From positions 26,784,001 to 26,848,000 of the forward strand of contig CATNEN010000038.1 in NCBI GenBank assembly GCA_950097015.1: a stretch of DNA of 64,000 nucleotides, given 5' to 3'. Below the pieces are notes generated by a model. The model did no database searches. It saw only the letters and a list, made by a program, of their open reading frames with translations, and was not told the DNA's origin. Both the position numbers and the translations under genes were made by a program. Position 1 is the stretch's first letter, and each line of letters opens with the position of its first letter. Source of the stretch: Macrostomum hystrix. Taxonomy: Eukaryota > Animalia > Platyhelminthes. Below, piece by piece: positions 51,155-63,603 of the stretch.

Positions 51155-54100
51155 ATTACATAATCCCTTTCTTAAATAAACCCTCAGTGTCCTAATCCTA
51201 TTTTTACATAATCCCTTTCTTGAATAAATCCTTAGTGTCCTAATCCTATTTTTACATAATCTCTTTCTTGAATAAAACCTTAGTGTCCTAATCCTATTTT
51301 TACATAATCCCTTTCTTGAATAAACCCTCAGTGTCCTAATCCTATTTTTACATAATCCCTTTCTTGAATAAACCCTTAGTGTCCTAATCCTATTTTTACA
51401 TAATCCCTTTCTTGAATAAATCCTTAGTGTCCTAATCCTATTTTTACATAATCCCTTTCTTGAATAAACCCTCAGTGTCCTAATCCTATTTTTACATAAT
51501 CCCTTTCTTAAATAAATCCTTAGTGTACTAATCCTATTTTTACATAATCCCTTTCTTGAATAAACCCTCAGTGTCCTAATCCTATTTTTACATAATCCCT
51601 TTCTTAAATAAACCCTCAGTGTCCTAATCCTATTTTTACATAATCCCTTTCTTAAATAAACCCTCAGTGTCCTAATCCTATTTTTACATAATCCCTTTCT
51701 TGAATAAATCCTTAGTGTCCTAATCCTATTTTTACATAATCCCTTTCTTGAATAAACCCTCAGTGTCCTAATCCTATTTTTACATAATCCCTTTCTTGAA
51801 TAAATCCTTAGTGTCCTAATCCTATTTTTACATAATCCCTTTCTTGAATAAACCCTTAGTGTCCTAATCCTATTTTTACATAATCCCTTTCTTGAATAAA
51901 CCCTCAGTGTCCTAATCCTATTTTTACATAATCCCTTTCTTGAATAAACCCTCAGTGTCCTAATCCTATTTTTACATAATCCCTTTCTTGAATAAACCCT
52001 CAGTGTCCTAATCCTATTTTTACATAATCCCTTTCTTGAATAAACCCTTAGTGTCCTAATCCTATTTTTACATAATCCCTTTCTTGAATAAACCCTCAGT
52101 GTCCTAATCCTATTTTTACATAATCCCTTTCTTGAATAAATCCTTAGTGTCCTAATCCTATTTTTACATAATCCCTTTCTTGAATAAACCCTTAGTGTCC
52201 TAATCCTATTTTTACATAATCCCTTTCTTGAATAAACCCTTAGTGTCCTAATCCTATTTTTACATAATCCCTTTCTTGAATAAACCCTTAGTGTCCTAAT
52301 CCTATTTTTACATAATCCCTTTCTTGAATAAATCCTCAGTGTCCTAATCCTATTTTTACATAATCCCTTTCTTGAATAAATCCTTAGTGTCCTAATCCTA
52401 TTTTTACATAATCCCTTTCTTGAATAAACCCTTAGTGTCCTAATCCTATTTTTACATAATCCCTTTCTTGAATAAATCCTTAGTGTCCTAATCCTATTTT
52501 TACATAATCCCTTTCTTGAATAAACCCTTAGTGTCCTAATCCTATTTTTACATAATCCCTTTCTTGAATAAACCCTCAGTGTCCTAATCCTATTTTTACA
52601 TAATCCCTTTCTTGAATAAACCCTTAGTGTCCTAATCCTATTTTTACATAATCCCTTTCTTGAATAAATCCTTCGTGTCCTAATCCTATTTTTACATAAT
52701 CCCTTTCTTAAATAAACCATCAGTGTCCTAATCCTATTTTTACATAATCCCTTTCTTGAATAAACCCTTAGTGTCCTAATCCTATTTTTACATAATCCCT
52801 TTCTTGAATAAACCCTCAGTGTCCTAATCCTATTTTTACATAATCCCTTTCTTAAATAAATCCTTAGTGTCCTAATCCTATTTTTACATAATCCCTTTCT
52901 TGAATAAACCCTTAGTGTCCTAATCCTATTTTTACATAATCCCTTTCTTGAATAAACCCTCAGTGTCCTAATCCTATTTTTACATAATCCCTTTCTTGAA
53001 TAAACCCTCAGTGTCCTAATCCTATTTTTACATAATCCCTTTCTTGAATAAACCCTTAGTGTCCTAATCCTATTTTTACATAATCCCTTTCTTGAATAAA
53101 CCCTTAGTGTCCTAATCCTATTTTTACATAATCCCTTTCTTAAATAAACCCTCAGTGTCCTAATCCTATTTTTACATAATCCCTTTCTTGAATAAACCCT
53201 TAGTGTCCTAATCCTATTTTTACATAATCCCTTTCTTAAATAAACCCTCAGTGTCCTAATCCTATTTTTACATAATCCCTTTCTTGAATAAACCCTCAGT
53301 GTCCTAATCCTATTTTTACAAAATCCCTTTCTTGAATAAATCCTTAGTGTCCTAATCCTATTTTTACATAATCCCTTTCTTAAATAAACCCTCAGTGTCC
53401 TAATCCTATTTTTACATAATCCCTTTCTTGAATAAACCCTTAGTGTCCTAATCCTATTTTTACATAATCCCTTTCTTGAATAAACCCTTAGTGTCCTAAT
53501 CCTATTTTTACATAATCCCTTTCTTAAATAAACCCTCAGTGTCCTAATCCTATTTTTACATAATCCCTTTCTTGAATAAATCCTCAGTGTCCTAATCCTA
53601 TTTTTACATAATCCCTTTCTTGAATAAACCCTTAGTGTCCTAATCCTATTTTTACATAATCCCTTTCTTGAATAAATCCTTAGTGTCCTAATCCTATTTT
53701 TACATAATCCCTTTCTTGAATAAACCCTTAGTGTCCTAATCCTATTTTTACATAATCCCTTTCTTGAATAAATCCTTCGTGTCCTAATCCTATTTTTACA
53801 TAATCCCTTTCTTAAATAAACCATCAGTGTCCTAATCCTATTTTTACATAATCCCTTTCTTGAATAAACCCTTAGTGTCCTAATCCTATTTTTACATAAT
53901 CCCTTTCTTGAATAAACCCTCAGTGTCCTAATCCTATTTTTACATAATCCCTTTCTTGAATAAACCCTCAGTGTCCTAATCCTATTTTTACATAATCCCT
54001 TTCTTGAATAAACCCTTAGTGTCCTAATCCTATTTTTACAAAATCCCTTTCTTGAATAAACCCTTAGTGTCCTAATCCTATTTTTACATAATCCCTTTCT

Positions 54101-55020
54101 TGAATAAACCCTCAGTGTCCTAATCCTATTTTTACATAATCCCTTTCTTGAATAAACCCTCAGTGTCCTAATCCTATTTTTACATAATCCCTTTCTTGAA
54201 TAAACCCTTAGTGTCCTAATCCTATTTTTACATAATCCCTTTCTTGAATAAACCCTTAGTGTCCTAATCCTATTTTTACATAATCCCTTTCTTAAATAAA
54301 CCCTCAGTGTCCTAATCCTATTTTTACATAATCCCTTTCTTGAATAAACCCTTAGTGTCCTAATCCTATTTTTACATAATCCCTTTCTTAAATAAACCCT
54401 CAGTGTCCTAATCCTATTTTTACATAATCCCTTTCTTAAATAAACCCTCAGTGTCCTAATCCTATTTTTACAAAATCCCTTTCTTGAATAAATCCTTAGT
54501 GTCCTAATCCTATTTTTACATAATCCCTTTCTTAAATAAACCCTCAGTGTCCTAATCCTATTTTTACATAATCCCTTTCTTGAATAAACCCTTAGTGTCC
54601 TAATCCTATTTTTACATAATCCCTTTCTTGAATAAACCCTCAGTGTCCTAATCCTATTTTCACATAATCCCTTTCTTAAATAAATCCTTAGTGTCCTAAT
54701 CCTATTTTTACATAATCCCTTTCTTAAATAAACCCTCAGTGTCCTAATCCTATTTTTACATAATCCCTTTCTTAAATAAACCCTCAGTGTCCTAATCCTA
54801 TTTTTACATAATCCCTTTCTTGAATAAACCCTCAGTGTCCTAATCCTATTTTTACATAATCCCTTTCTTAAATAAATCCTTAGTGTCCTAATCCTATTTT
54901 TACATAATCCCTTTCTTGAATAAACCCTTAGTGTCATAATCCTATTTTTACATAATCCATTTCTTAAATAAACCCTTAGTGTCCTAATTCTATTTTTACA
55001 TAATCCCTCAGTGTCCTAAT
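51155..55020. repeat. 48-bp minisatellite (PTPN intron)
   Basis: TACATAATCCCTTTCTT(G/A)AATAAA(C/T)CCT(C/T)AGTGTCCTAATCCTATTTT, about 80 copies. Confidence 0.97.
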
Positions 55021-55144
55021 CCGATTGTTCCATACTCCGCTACCTGAATAATCCACAGCCCTACTCCTAAAATCCTAGAATCCCTAAAAGCATTCCCCCA
55101 GTCCCAATCCTGATCTCCGAGTGCATAGCAACAGCGAAACTCAC

Positions 55145-55709
55145 ACGGACTGATGTCCCTGTATCGATTCTTGACAACATTCTCGGGCTGCCTGGCAGCG
55201 GTCATAGTCAGACCAGGCTTTCGCCTATACAGGTGCTCGAATTGCACTAATGCGGTGCCGCTACTCAGCGAGTCCTCCAATTGTTGAATTGATTCGGCTA
55301 GAGTCTGCGGAGTTGGCGGCGGCGGCGGCGGCGGCGGCTGTTGCAACTGGGGCAGAATCTGTGACTGCGGCTGCACTGACATGTTGTGCATCTGAGAGGC
55401 GGGCTGATTAATAACCGAGTGCTGCCTGGCGCTACTACGCAGGGTTGACGCGCCACTCTGCAGCCCAGTGGCTGTGCCAGAATTACTCAGCTCGTCTAGG
55501 GAGGCTGCTCGCATTTGCTGCTGCTGCTGCTGTTTGCCACGGCTGACCCCAATCTCAGTCTCCTGACCGCCGACACCGTCATCTGTGTACATAGCAGGCC
55601 GGACAACCAGAACTAATTCGCCAGAGTGCTTCTCTGCTGCAGCTTTAATAAACTGCACCGCCTGTTCGTGCGTGTGCGTGCCCATGTCGCGACCGTTGAT
55701 GTATAGTAC
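55145..55709 (-). CDS. PTPN4: PTPN3/4 exon (PDZ C-half, linker, start of PTP domain)
   Basis: VLYINGRDMGTHTHEQAVQFIKA, SGELVLVVRP, QFEHLYRRKPG, KNRYRDISP|GTGAGT. Confidence 0.93.
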
Positions 55710-56030
55710 CTGGATGAGACGTGTTACAGGTTGGTTAAGTGGTCGGGAGTTCGAATCCTGGCTGAGCGGTCGGGAGTTCGAATCTCAGCTCAGTGGTCGG
55801 GAGTTCGAATTTCAGCCTTAAGCAAGAAATTTAATTTCCTATCTCTAACAGCTGCAATAGTAAATAGTATCAGCTGGATTAGAAATTTGCGTGGGCGTGG
55901 CGGCCGGCTGTTCATGGAATGACTGCTGTACACAGCTTTTTGAAAGCTGCGACTGTGCCAATGGCTCCATAACCTTGTAACTTGATTTACAGTTCATCCA
56001 ATATGGGACCATAGACTATAGAGGAAAGAA

Positions 56031-56190
56031 GAGCTTGTAGCCATGTGGTTAGAGTTGGACTCACGACTTAAAGGTCGGGGGTTCGATTCCCGACACCAAT
56101 GGAACAATTAGTGTTTTTTCAGCAAGATACTTAACTCCGCATTGCTTCAGTTCACCCAGGTGTTATATGGGTACCAGCATTAGCTGGGGT
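56031..56190 (+). mobile_element. tRNA-derived SINE with CORE-like central domain
   Basis: A-box-like TAGCCATGTGG, B box GGTTCGATTCC, then GCAAGATACTTAAC..CATTGCTTCAGTTCACCCAGGTG..ATGGGTACC resembling the CORE consensus. Confidence 0.7.
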
Positions 56191-56301
56191 AATTGAGGGT
56201 GGGTGTGGCGTCCCCTAGTCCATGGGAATTCTATCTCAGCTGATTGGTCGGGAGTTCGAATCCTAATTATTACAATAATAATTGGAGCTATTGATTCTCA
56301 C

Positions 56302-56520
56302 CTGATCGCCTTCGTGCAGTCGAGGAATGCTAAGGTCAGCCGGCATATTTGGGGCCACTTTGGACACCAGTATAGGCAGTCCCTGATCATAGCCGCCTTT
56401 GACATTGAAGCCGAAGCGACCGGATTCGTCAGGCTTGATGCGAATGGTTACTAGGCTCTCGGCGTAGTTGACAGCGCTCAGGTGCTGGTGCTGTGCACTC
56501 TGATCGTGCAGGCCTGGCGG
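56302..56520 (-). CDS. PTPN4: PTPN3/4 exon (PDZ N-half)
   Basis: Manual translation [51 protein letters not shown]; ctgcag| and |GTGAGA. Confidence 0.93.
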
Positions 56521-57061
56521 CTGCAGATGGTTGAGTAAAATTCTACTTATGCTTAATCGTGTCTATTAAAAATAGATCAGTGTGACGTCCCTTAAAATGG
56601 CCGTTTTAATATAAATATTCAGTGTGCTACAGCAAGTAATTGAAAAGAACTACTTTCCAAGATTGATCTAATAAAAAAACTTAAGACGTTAAATTAATAA
56701 CAAAAATTTCAGACAACGGGATAAGCTACCAGGTGATCAGGTAACTCACTGGGACATAGAGAACAGCCATAAGGCCGAGTGTTTCAGCGGTTTCCATAGA
56801 CAGTAAAGGCATGACCGGTGATGGCCAACAAGTTGCAAACATGTTTCTTCTGCTAAATTTGTCTCGCACCTATTAGTGTCTAAATCATACAAAAGCAGCT
56901 ACTGCTAGCCATCTGGTCATAAACAAACTGTCTGCGTACACTCCCGAGTTTCACTCCCAACTCGTTGCGGGTTGGCTGGAGTGAAAAATTGCCTTTTATT
57001 CGTAATTTTTCGGCCACCTATCATCACCGAGGCATCTCTTCAGGCGCATCACATATCTCGT

Positions 57062-57938
57062 TAGACAATGTCTTATCTCCTCAGACAATGTCTTATCTCC
57101 TCAGACAATGTCTTATCTCCTCAGACAATATCTTATCTGATCAGACAATATCTTATCTCATCAGACAATGTCTTATCTCCTCAGACAATGTCTTATCTCC
57201 TCAGACAATGTCTTATCTCATCAGACAATGTCTTATCTCCTCAGACAATGTCTTATCTCATCAGACAATGTCTTATCTCATCAGACAATACCTTATCTCA
57301 TCCGACAATGTCTTATCTCCTCAGACAATGTCTTATCTCATCAGACAATGTCTTATCTCATCAGACAATGTCTTATCTCCTCAGACAATGTCTTATCTCC
57401 TCAGACAATGTCTTATCTCCTCAGACAATGTCTTATCTCATCAGACAATGTCTTATCTCCTCAGACAATGTCTTATCTCATCAGACAATGTCTTATCTCA
57501 TCAGACAATGTCTTATCTCCTCAGACAATGTCTTATCTCCTCAGACAATATCTTATCTGATCAGACAATATCTTATCTCATCAGACAATGTCTTATCTCC
57601 TCAGACAATGTCTTATCTCCTCAGACAATGTCTTATCTCATCAGACAATGTCTTATCTCCTCAGACAATGTCTTATCTCATCAGACAATGTCTTATCTCA
57701 TCAGACAATACCTTATCTCATCCGACAATGTCTTATCTCCTCAGACAATGTCTTATCTCATCAGACAATGTCTTATCTCCTCAGACAATGTCTTATCTCC
57801 TCAGACAATGTCTTATCTCCTCAGACAATGTCTTATCTCATCAGACAATGTCTTATCTCCTCAGACAATGTCTTATCTCATCAGACAATGTCTTATCTCA
57901 TCAGACAATGTCTTATCTCCTCAGACAATGTCTTATCA
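57062..57938. repeat. 20-bp minisatellite (PTPN intron)
   Basis: TCAGACAATGTCTTATCTC(C/A); internal 420-bp duplication. Confidence 0.97.
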
Positions 57939-58509
57939 GTATTTGACAGTATTATTAGTATATTCCTTAAATAAAAAATATACAATACAGTATTTAAATT
58001 CACAATTTTGTGTGACGCCTTAGTCAGGGTGTGGCTTGTGTCGGGGATTAGCAGCAGCCGTATAAGACGAGTCGAGCTGCCTTTTCTTAGATAGGCCCAA
58101 CTCTATTTCAAGTGCAACTCCCCGGAGAGACGACTTGGCTGAGCAACAAGCGTGATGAAAAAAAACTGGTGCCTTTAAGCCCCAAGCAATTGGCGAGCGA
58201 GGAGACAATCAAAGGCCGGGATTTCCTAACAACATTCCAAATTAGGACAGCGATTAGACAAAGCCCTTTGATTATTTTGTTGAAAATTGTGACTGATTAT
58301 AAGCAAGAAATTTATTATAATTACAAGACCCAACAGTGTCCGTTTGTTTTTACAGCCGATTTAGAATTTTTAGAGGTGAATCGCGAAATGCTGACAACCA
58401 ATATAATAAGGTCTAATTTTTAATTCCCGACAGCTATGATGACTAAATTATTTAAAAAACCACAACTCGAACAAAGGTTTTTCCTAAATTAATACATTGA
58501 TGATCCACT

Positions 58510-58715
58510 AAATCCTGGAAACAATGATCCTAAAATCTAGGAAACAATCATCATTAAATCCTGGAAATAATGATCCCTAAATCCTGGAAACAATGATCCC
58601 TAAATCCTGGAAACAATGATCCCTAAATCCTGGAAACAATGATCTCGAAAACCTAGAAAATGATCCCTAAATCCTGGAAACAAAGGTCCCTAAATCCTTA
58701 AAGCAATGATCTCTA
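58510..58715. repeat. Degenerate 23-bp tandem repeat
   Basis: GATCCCTAAATCCTGGAAACAAT, about 8 copies. Confidence 0.85.
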
Positions 58716-58783
58716 AATGTCAACAAGCATCCTAATATTCGATAAAAAAGCTGTGGCGGAGTATTTCACAAACATGCCCTGAC

Positions 58784-59424
58784 CTCCTTAGCAATCGATG
58801 AAGCTGCTGATCGGCCAAACGAGATCGACGCAGCACCGGCGCTAACGCCCGCCGCAGTACTGACACTTGATCTCTGCTGGCCAAACACCGCTGACTGATT
58901 GTGTTGCATAAGACTACCCTGTCTACTGAATGACGCTGGCGGCTGCGAGGATGCAGTTGTCACCGATGCTGCCGCGGCCGGTCCTGCTGCTGCCGAAGCT
59001 GAAGCCGCTGCTGATGTAGACACAGAAGTTGACAATTGCCTAGCAGAGGAGCGGAATCCGCCAACAGCGTGAGACTGCTGAGGCGGCGGTTGCGATTTCA
59101 GCACAATGGCCGAGCTAGACGCGGCAGCTGCGGTAGCTCCGCCGCCGCCGCCGCCGCCTCCTCGGTTTCTCGGCATAGTAGCGTAGGAATAGGCACTCCT
59201 AGACGATAGGAAGCCGCCGTCGCTAGTGCTGGCACCGTCGTCGCCTAAAAGACGCCCATTCGAAGCCGCCCTGGCGTGGTGATAGCCAGGCGGTCGCTGC
59301 AGGGTCCGCCGCGACGACGGCGTCCTGGTGAATGAGCGTTCTAGACGGGGACGGCGTTTCAGCTCTTCGGACGCTTGGTGCTCAGTGCGGCCTGAGTAGC
59401 GAAACTTTGAGCCTCCGACAATGC
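58784..59424 (-). CDS. PTPN4: PTPN3/4 exon (FERM-adjacent region and low-complexity linker)
   Basis: ttccag|GIVGGSKFRYSGRTEHQ through SSIAKE|GTCAGG; phases fit both neighbouring exons. Confidence 0.85.
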
Positions 59425-59519
59425 CTGGAATTAGGTGTTTTATGGGAGCTTTCTGAACAATTATCTCATAGGATTAGTGGCCTCTATAAGTTCAGGAGAT
59501 TCAATAGAATAGTTGGATT

Positions 59520-62130
59520 AAGGATGAGTAGCTTCTCTGATTGACGTGAGGGATTAGTAGCTTCTCTGATTGACGTGAGGGATTAGTAGCTTCTCTGATT
59601 GACGTGAGGGATTAGTAGCTTCTCTGATTGACCTGAGGGATCAGTAGCTTCTCTGATTGACCTGAGGGATCAGTAGCTTCTCTGATAGTCCTGAGGGATT
59701 AGTAGCTTCTCTGATTGACCTGAGGGATGAGTAGCTTCTCTGATTGACCTGAGGGATTAGTGGCTTCTCAGATTGACGTGAGGGATGAGTAGCTTCTCAG
59801 ATTGACGTGAGGGATGAGTAGCTTCTCTGATTGACGTGAGGGATTAGTGGCTTCTCAGATTGACGTGAGGGATTAGTGGCTTCTCAGATTGACGTGAGGG
59901 ATTAGTAGCTTCTCTGATTGACGTGAGGGATGAGTAGCTTCTCTGATTGACGTGAGGGATGAGTAGCTTCTCAGATTGACGTGAGGGATTAGTAGCTTCT
60001 CTGATTGACGTGAGGGATGAGTAGCTTCTCAGATTGACGTGAGGGATCAGTAGCTTCTCAGATTGACCTGAGGGATTAGTGGCTTCTCAGATTGACGTGA
60101 GGGATTAGTAGCTTCTCAGATTGACGTGAGGGATGAGTAGCTTCTCAGATTGACGTGAGGGATGAGTAGCTTCTCAGATTGACGTGAGGGATGAGTAGCT
60201 TCTCTGATTGACGTGAGGGATGAGTAGCTTCTCTGATTGACCTGAGGGATTAGTGGCTTCTCAGATTGACGTGAGGGATTAGTAGCTTCTCAGATTGACG
60301 TGAGGGATTAGTAGCTTCTCTGATTGACGTGAGGGATGAGTAGCTTCTCTGATTGACGTGAGGGATGAGTAGCTTCTCTGATTGACGTGAGGGATGAGTA
60401 GCTTCTCTGATTGACCTGAGGGATTAGTGGCTTCTCAGATTGACGTGAGGGATTAGTAGCTTCTCAGATTGACGTGAGGGATGAGTAGCTTCTCAGATTG
60501 ACGTGAGGGATGAGTAGCTTCTCAGATTGACGTGAGGGATTAGTAGCTTCTCAGATTGACGTGAGGGATCAGTAGCTTCTCAGATTGACGTGAGGGATTA
60601 GTGGCTTCTCAGCTTGACGTGAGGGATGAGTAGCTTCTCAGATTGACGTGAGGGATGAGTAGCTTCTCAGATTGACGTGAGGGATTAGTAGCTTCTCAGA
60701 TTGACCTGAGGGATTAGTAGCTTCTCAGATTGACGTGAGGGATGAGTAGCTTCTCAGATTGACGTGAGGGATTAGTAGCTTCTCAGATTGACGTGAGGGA
60801 TGAGTAGCTTCTCAGATTGACGTGAGGGATTAGTAGCTTCTCAGATTGACCTGAGGGATGAGTAGCTTCTCTGATTGACGTGAGGGATTAGTAGCTTCTC
60901 TGATTGACGTGAGGGATTAGTAGCTTCTCTGATTGACCTGAGGGATCAGTAGCTTCTCTGATTGACCTGAGGGATTAGTGGCTTCTCAGATTGACGTGAG
61001 GGATTAGTAGCTTCTCAGATTGACGTGAGGGATGAGTAGCTTCTCAGATTGACGTGAGGGATGAGTAGCTTCTCAGATTGACGTGAGGGATTAGTAGCTT
61101 CTCAGATTGACGTGAGGGATCAGTAGCTTCTCAGATTGACGTGAGGGATTAGTGGCTTCTCAGCTTGACGTGAGGGATGAGTAGCTTCTCAGATTGACGT
61201 GAGGGATGAGTAGCTTCTCAGATTGACGTGAGGGATTAGTAGCTTCTCAGATTGACCTGAGGGATTAGTAGCTTCTCAGATTGACGTGAGGGATGAGTAG
61301 CTTCTCAGATTGACGTGAGGGATTAGTAGCTTCTCAGATTGACGTGAGGGATGAGTAGCTTCTCAGATTGACGTGAGGGATTAGTAGCTTCTCAGATTGA
61401 CGTGAGGGATGAGTAGCTTCTCAGATTGACGTGAGGGATGAGTAGCTTCTCTGATTGACCTGAGGGATGAGTAGCTTCTCAGATTGACGTGAGGGATGAG
61501 TGGCTTCTCTGATTGACCTGAGGGATGAGTAGCTTCTCTGATTGACCTGAGGGATCAGTAGCTTCTCAGATTGACCTGAGGGATCAGTAGCTTCTCAGAT
61601 TGACCTGAGGGATTAGTAGCTTCTCTGATTGACCTGAGGGATCAGTAGCTTCTCTGATCGACCTGAGGGATTAGTGGCTTCTCTGATTGACCTGAGGGAT
61701 CAGTAGCTTCTCAGATTGACCTGAGGGATCAGTAGCTTCTCTGATCGACCTGAGGGATTAGTGGCTTCTCTGATTGACCTGAGGGATTAGTAGCTTCTCA
61801 GATTGACCAGAGGGATTAGTAGCTTCTCTGATTGACCTGAGGGATCAGTAGCTTCTCTGATCGACCTGAGGGTTTTGTGGCTTCTCTGATTGACCTGAGG
61901 GTTTTGTGGCTTCTCTGATTGACCTGAGGGATTAGTGGCTTCTCTGATTGACCTGAGGGATTAGTAGCTTCTCTGATCGACCTGAGGGATAAGTAGCTTC
62001 TCAGCTTGACCTGAGGGATTAGTGGCTTCTCTGATTGACCTGAGGGATTAGTGGCTTCTCTGATTGACCTGAGGGATTAGTAGCTTCTCTGATCGACCTG
62101 AGGGATTAGTAGCTTCTCAGCTTGACCTGT
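59520..62130. repeat. 29-bp minisatellite (PTPN intron)
   Basis: GAT(T/G/C)AGTAGCTTCTC(A/T)GATTGAC(G/C)TGAGG, about 90 copies. Confidence 0.97.
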
Positions 62131-62196
62131 ACCTTCCCTAACTGAGACTTCTCTGATATTTCGGTATAAGAAGATGCAGAATCATACACAGCTCAC

Positions 62197-62485
62197 CCAG
62201 GATAGCCCCTGACTGCTGTGGCGGTGGTGGCCGATGCAGCCTAAAGAAGGCGTGATGCTCAACGCAAGTCTGCCACAGCCATTTGCAAGCCCTGCTGCTA
62301 ACCAGGCCGTAGGTTAGAGTCTGAGCAGCGCCAGTGGAATCTCGAACAGACAATAAGAAATTCTTGCGCTTGAAACTGATCTTGAGCAGGCTTAGCCAGG
62401 AGTACAGGTGCAGTCGTTGGGTGCCGCGGAACACCGCTACACCGGACGCATTGACGCCAACTTGCATTTCAGTTTTCTCAGCGTC
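62197..62485 (-). CDS. PTPN4: PTPN3/4 exon (FERM C-lobe)
   Basis: DAEKTEMQVGVNASGV, KISFKRKNF, CKWLWQTCVEHHAFFRL; AAG acceptor and |GTGAGC donor. Confidence 0.9.
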
Positions 62486-62568
62486 CTTGGATGGTTTTGA
62501 TTAAAACAAATTTAATAATATTGCTATTATTAGCCTTAGTAATAAAATAGCATTTATTCTACACTTAC

Positions 62569-62656
62569 AGTCACATGGAATAGGAAGCAGCCATAGTGCT
62601 CTAGCTGTCTGGCAGTGTGGAGAAAGCTCAACTCGGCGCACGCAGGAGTTAAGCTT
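62569..62656 (-). CDS. PTPN4: PTPN3/4 exon (end of FERM B-lobe); upstream exons lie outside the window
   Basis: caacag|SLTPACAELSFLHTARQLEHYGCFLFHVT|GTAAGT matches the FERM AE..FL..AR.LE.YG pattern. Confidence 0.88.
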
Positions 62657-62789
62657 CTGTTGAGAAAGCAAGAGAAATTATTAAATGCTGACTAACTACT
62701 TTAAGTAGCGTTGATAACAAACTTAAAGTGTTTACGATTTAAAAAATATTTACAAATACTGCGAATAAAGCAAAAATTTAGGAGCCATA

Positions 62790-63603
62790 AGGATCTATGA
62801 TATTTGAAATCCCGCCTTGAGGATCTAGGATACTGGAAATCATGGTTTGAGGATCTAGCTAGGATACTGGAAATCCCATCTAGAGGATCTAGGATACTGG
62901 AAATCCCATCTAGAGGATCTAGGATACTGGAAATCCCATCTAGAGGATCTAGGATACTGGAAATCCCATCTAGAGGATCTAGGATACTGGAAATCCCATC
63001 TAGAGGATCTATGATATTTGAAATCCCGCCTTGAGGATCTAGGATACTGGAAATCCCATCTAGAGGATCTAGGATACTGGAAATCCCATCTAGAGGATCT
63101 AGGATACTGGAAATCCCATCTAGAGGATCTAGGATACTGGAAATCCCATCTAGAGGATCTAGGATACTGGAAATCCCATCTAGAGGATCTAGGATACTGG
63201 AAATCCCATCTAGAGGATCTAGGATACTGGAAATCCCATCTAGAGGATCTAGGATACTGGAAATCCCATCTAGAGGATCTAGGATACTGGAAATCCCATC
63301 TAGAGGATCTAGGATACTGGAAATCCCATCTAGAGGATCTAGGATACTGGAAATCCAATCTAGAGGATCTAGGATACTGGAAATCCCGCCTTGAGGATCT
63401 AGGTAGGATACTGGAAATCCCATCTAGAGGATCTAGGATACTGGAAATCCCGCCTTGAGGATCTAGGTAGGATACTGGAAATCCCATCTAGAGGATCTAG
63501 GATACTGTAAATCCCATCTAGAGGATCTAGGATACTGGAAATCCCGCCTTGAGGATCTAGGTAGGATACTGGAAATCCCATCTAGAGGATCTAGGATACT
63601 GGA
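62790..63603. repeat. 30-bp minisatellite (PTPN intron)
   Basis: AGGATACTGGAAATCCCATCTAGAGGATCT, about 26 copies. Confidence 0.96.

Noticed and set aside
56031-56100. Possible tRNA gene
   Set aside because: No acceptor stem closure, and it continues into a CORE-like SINE body
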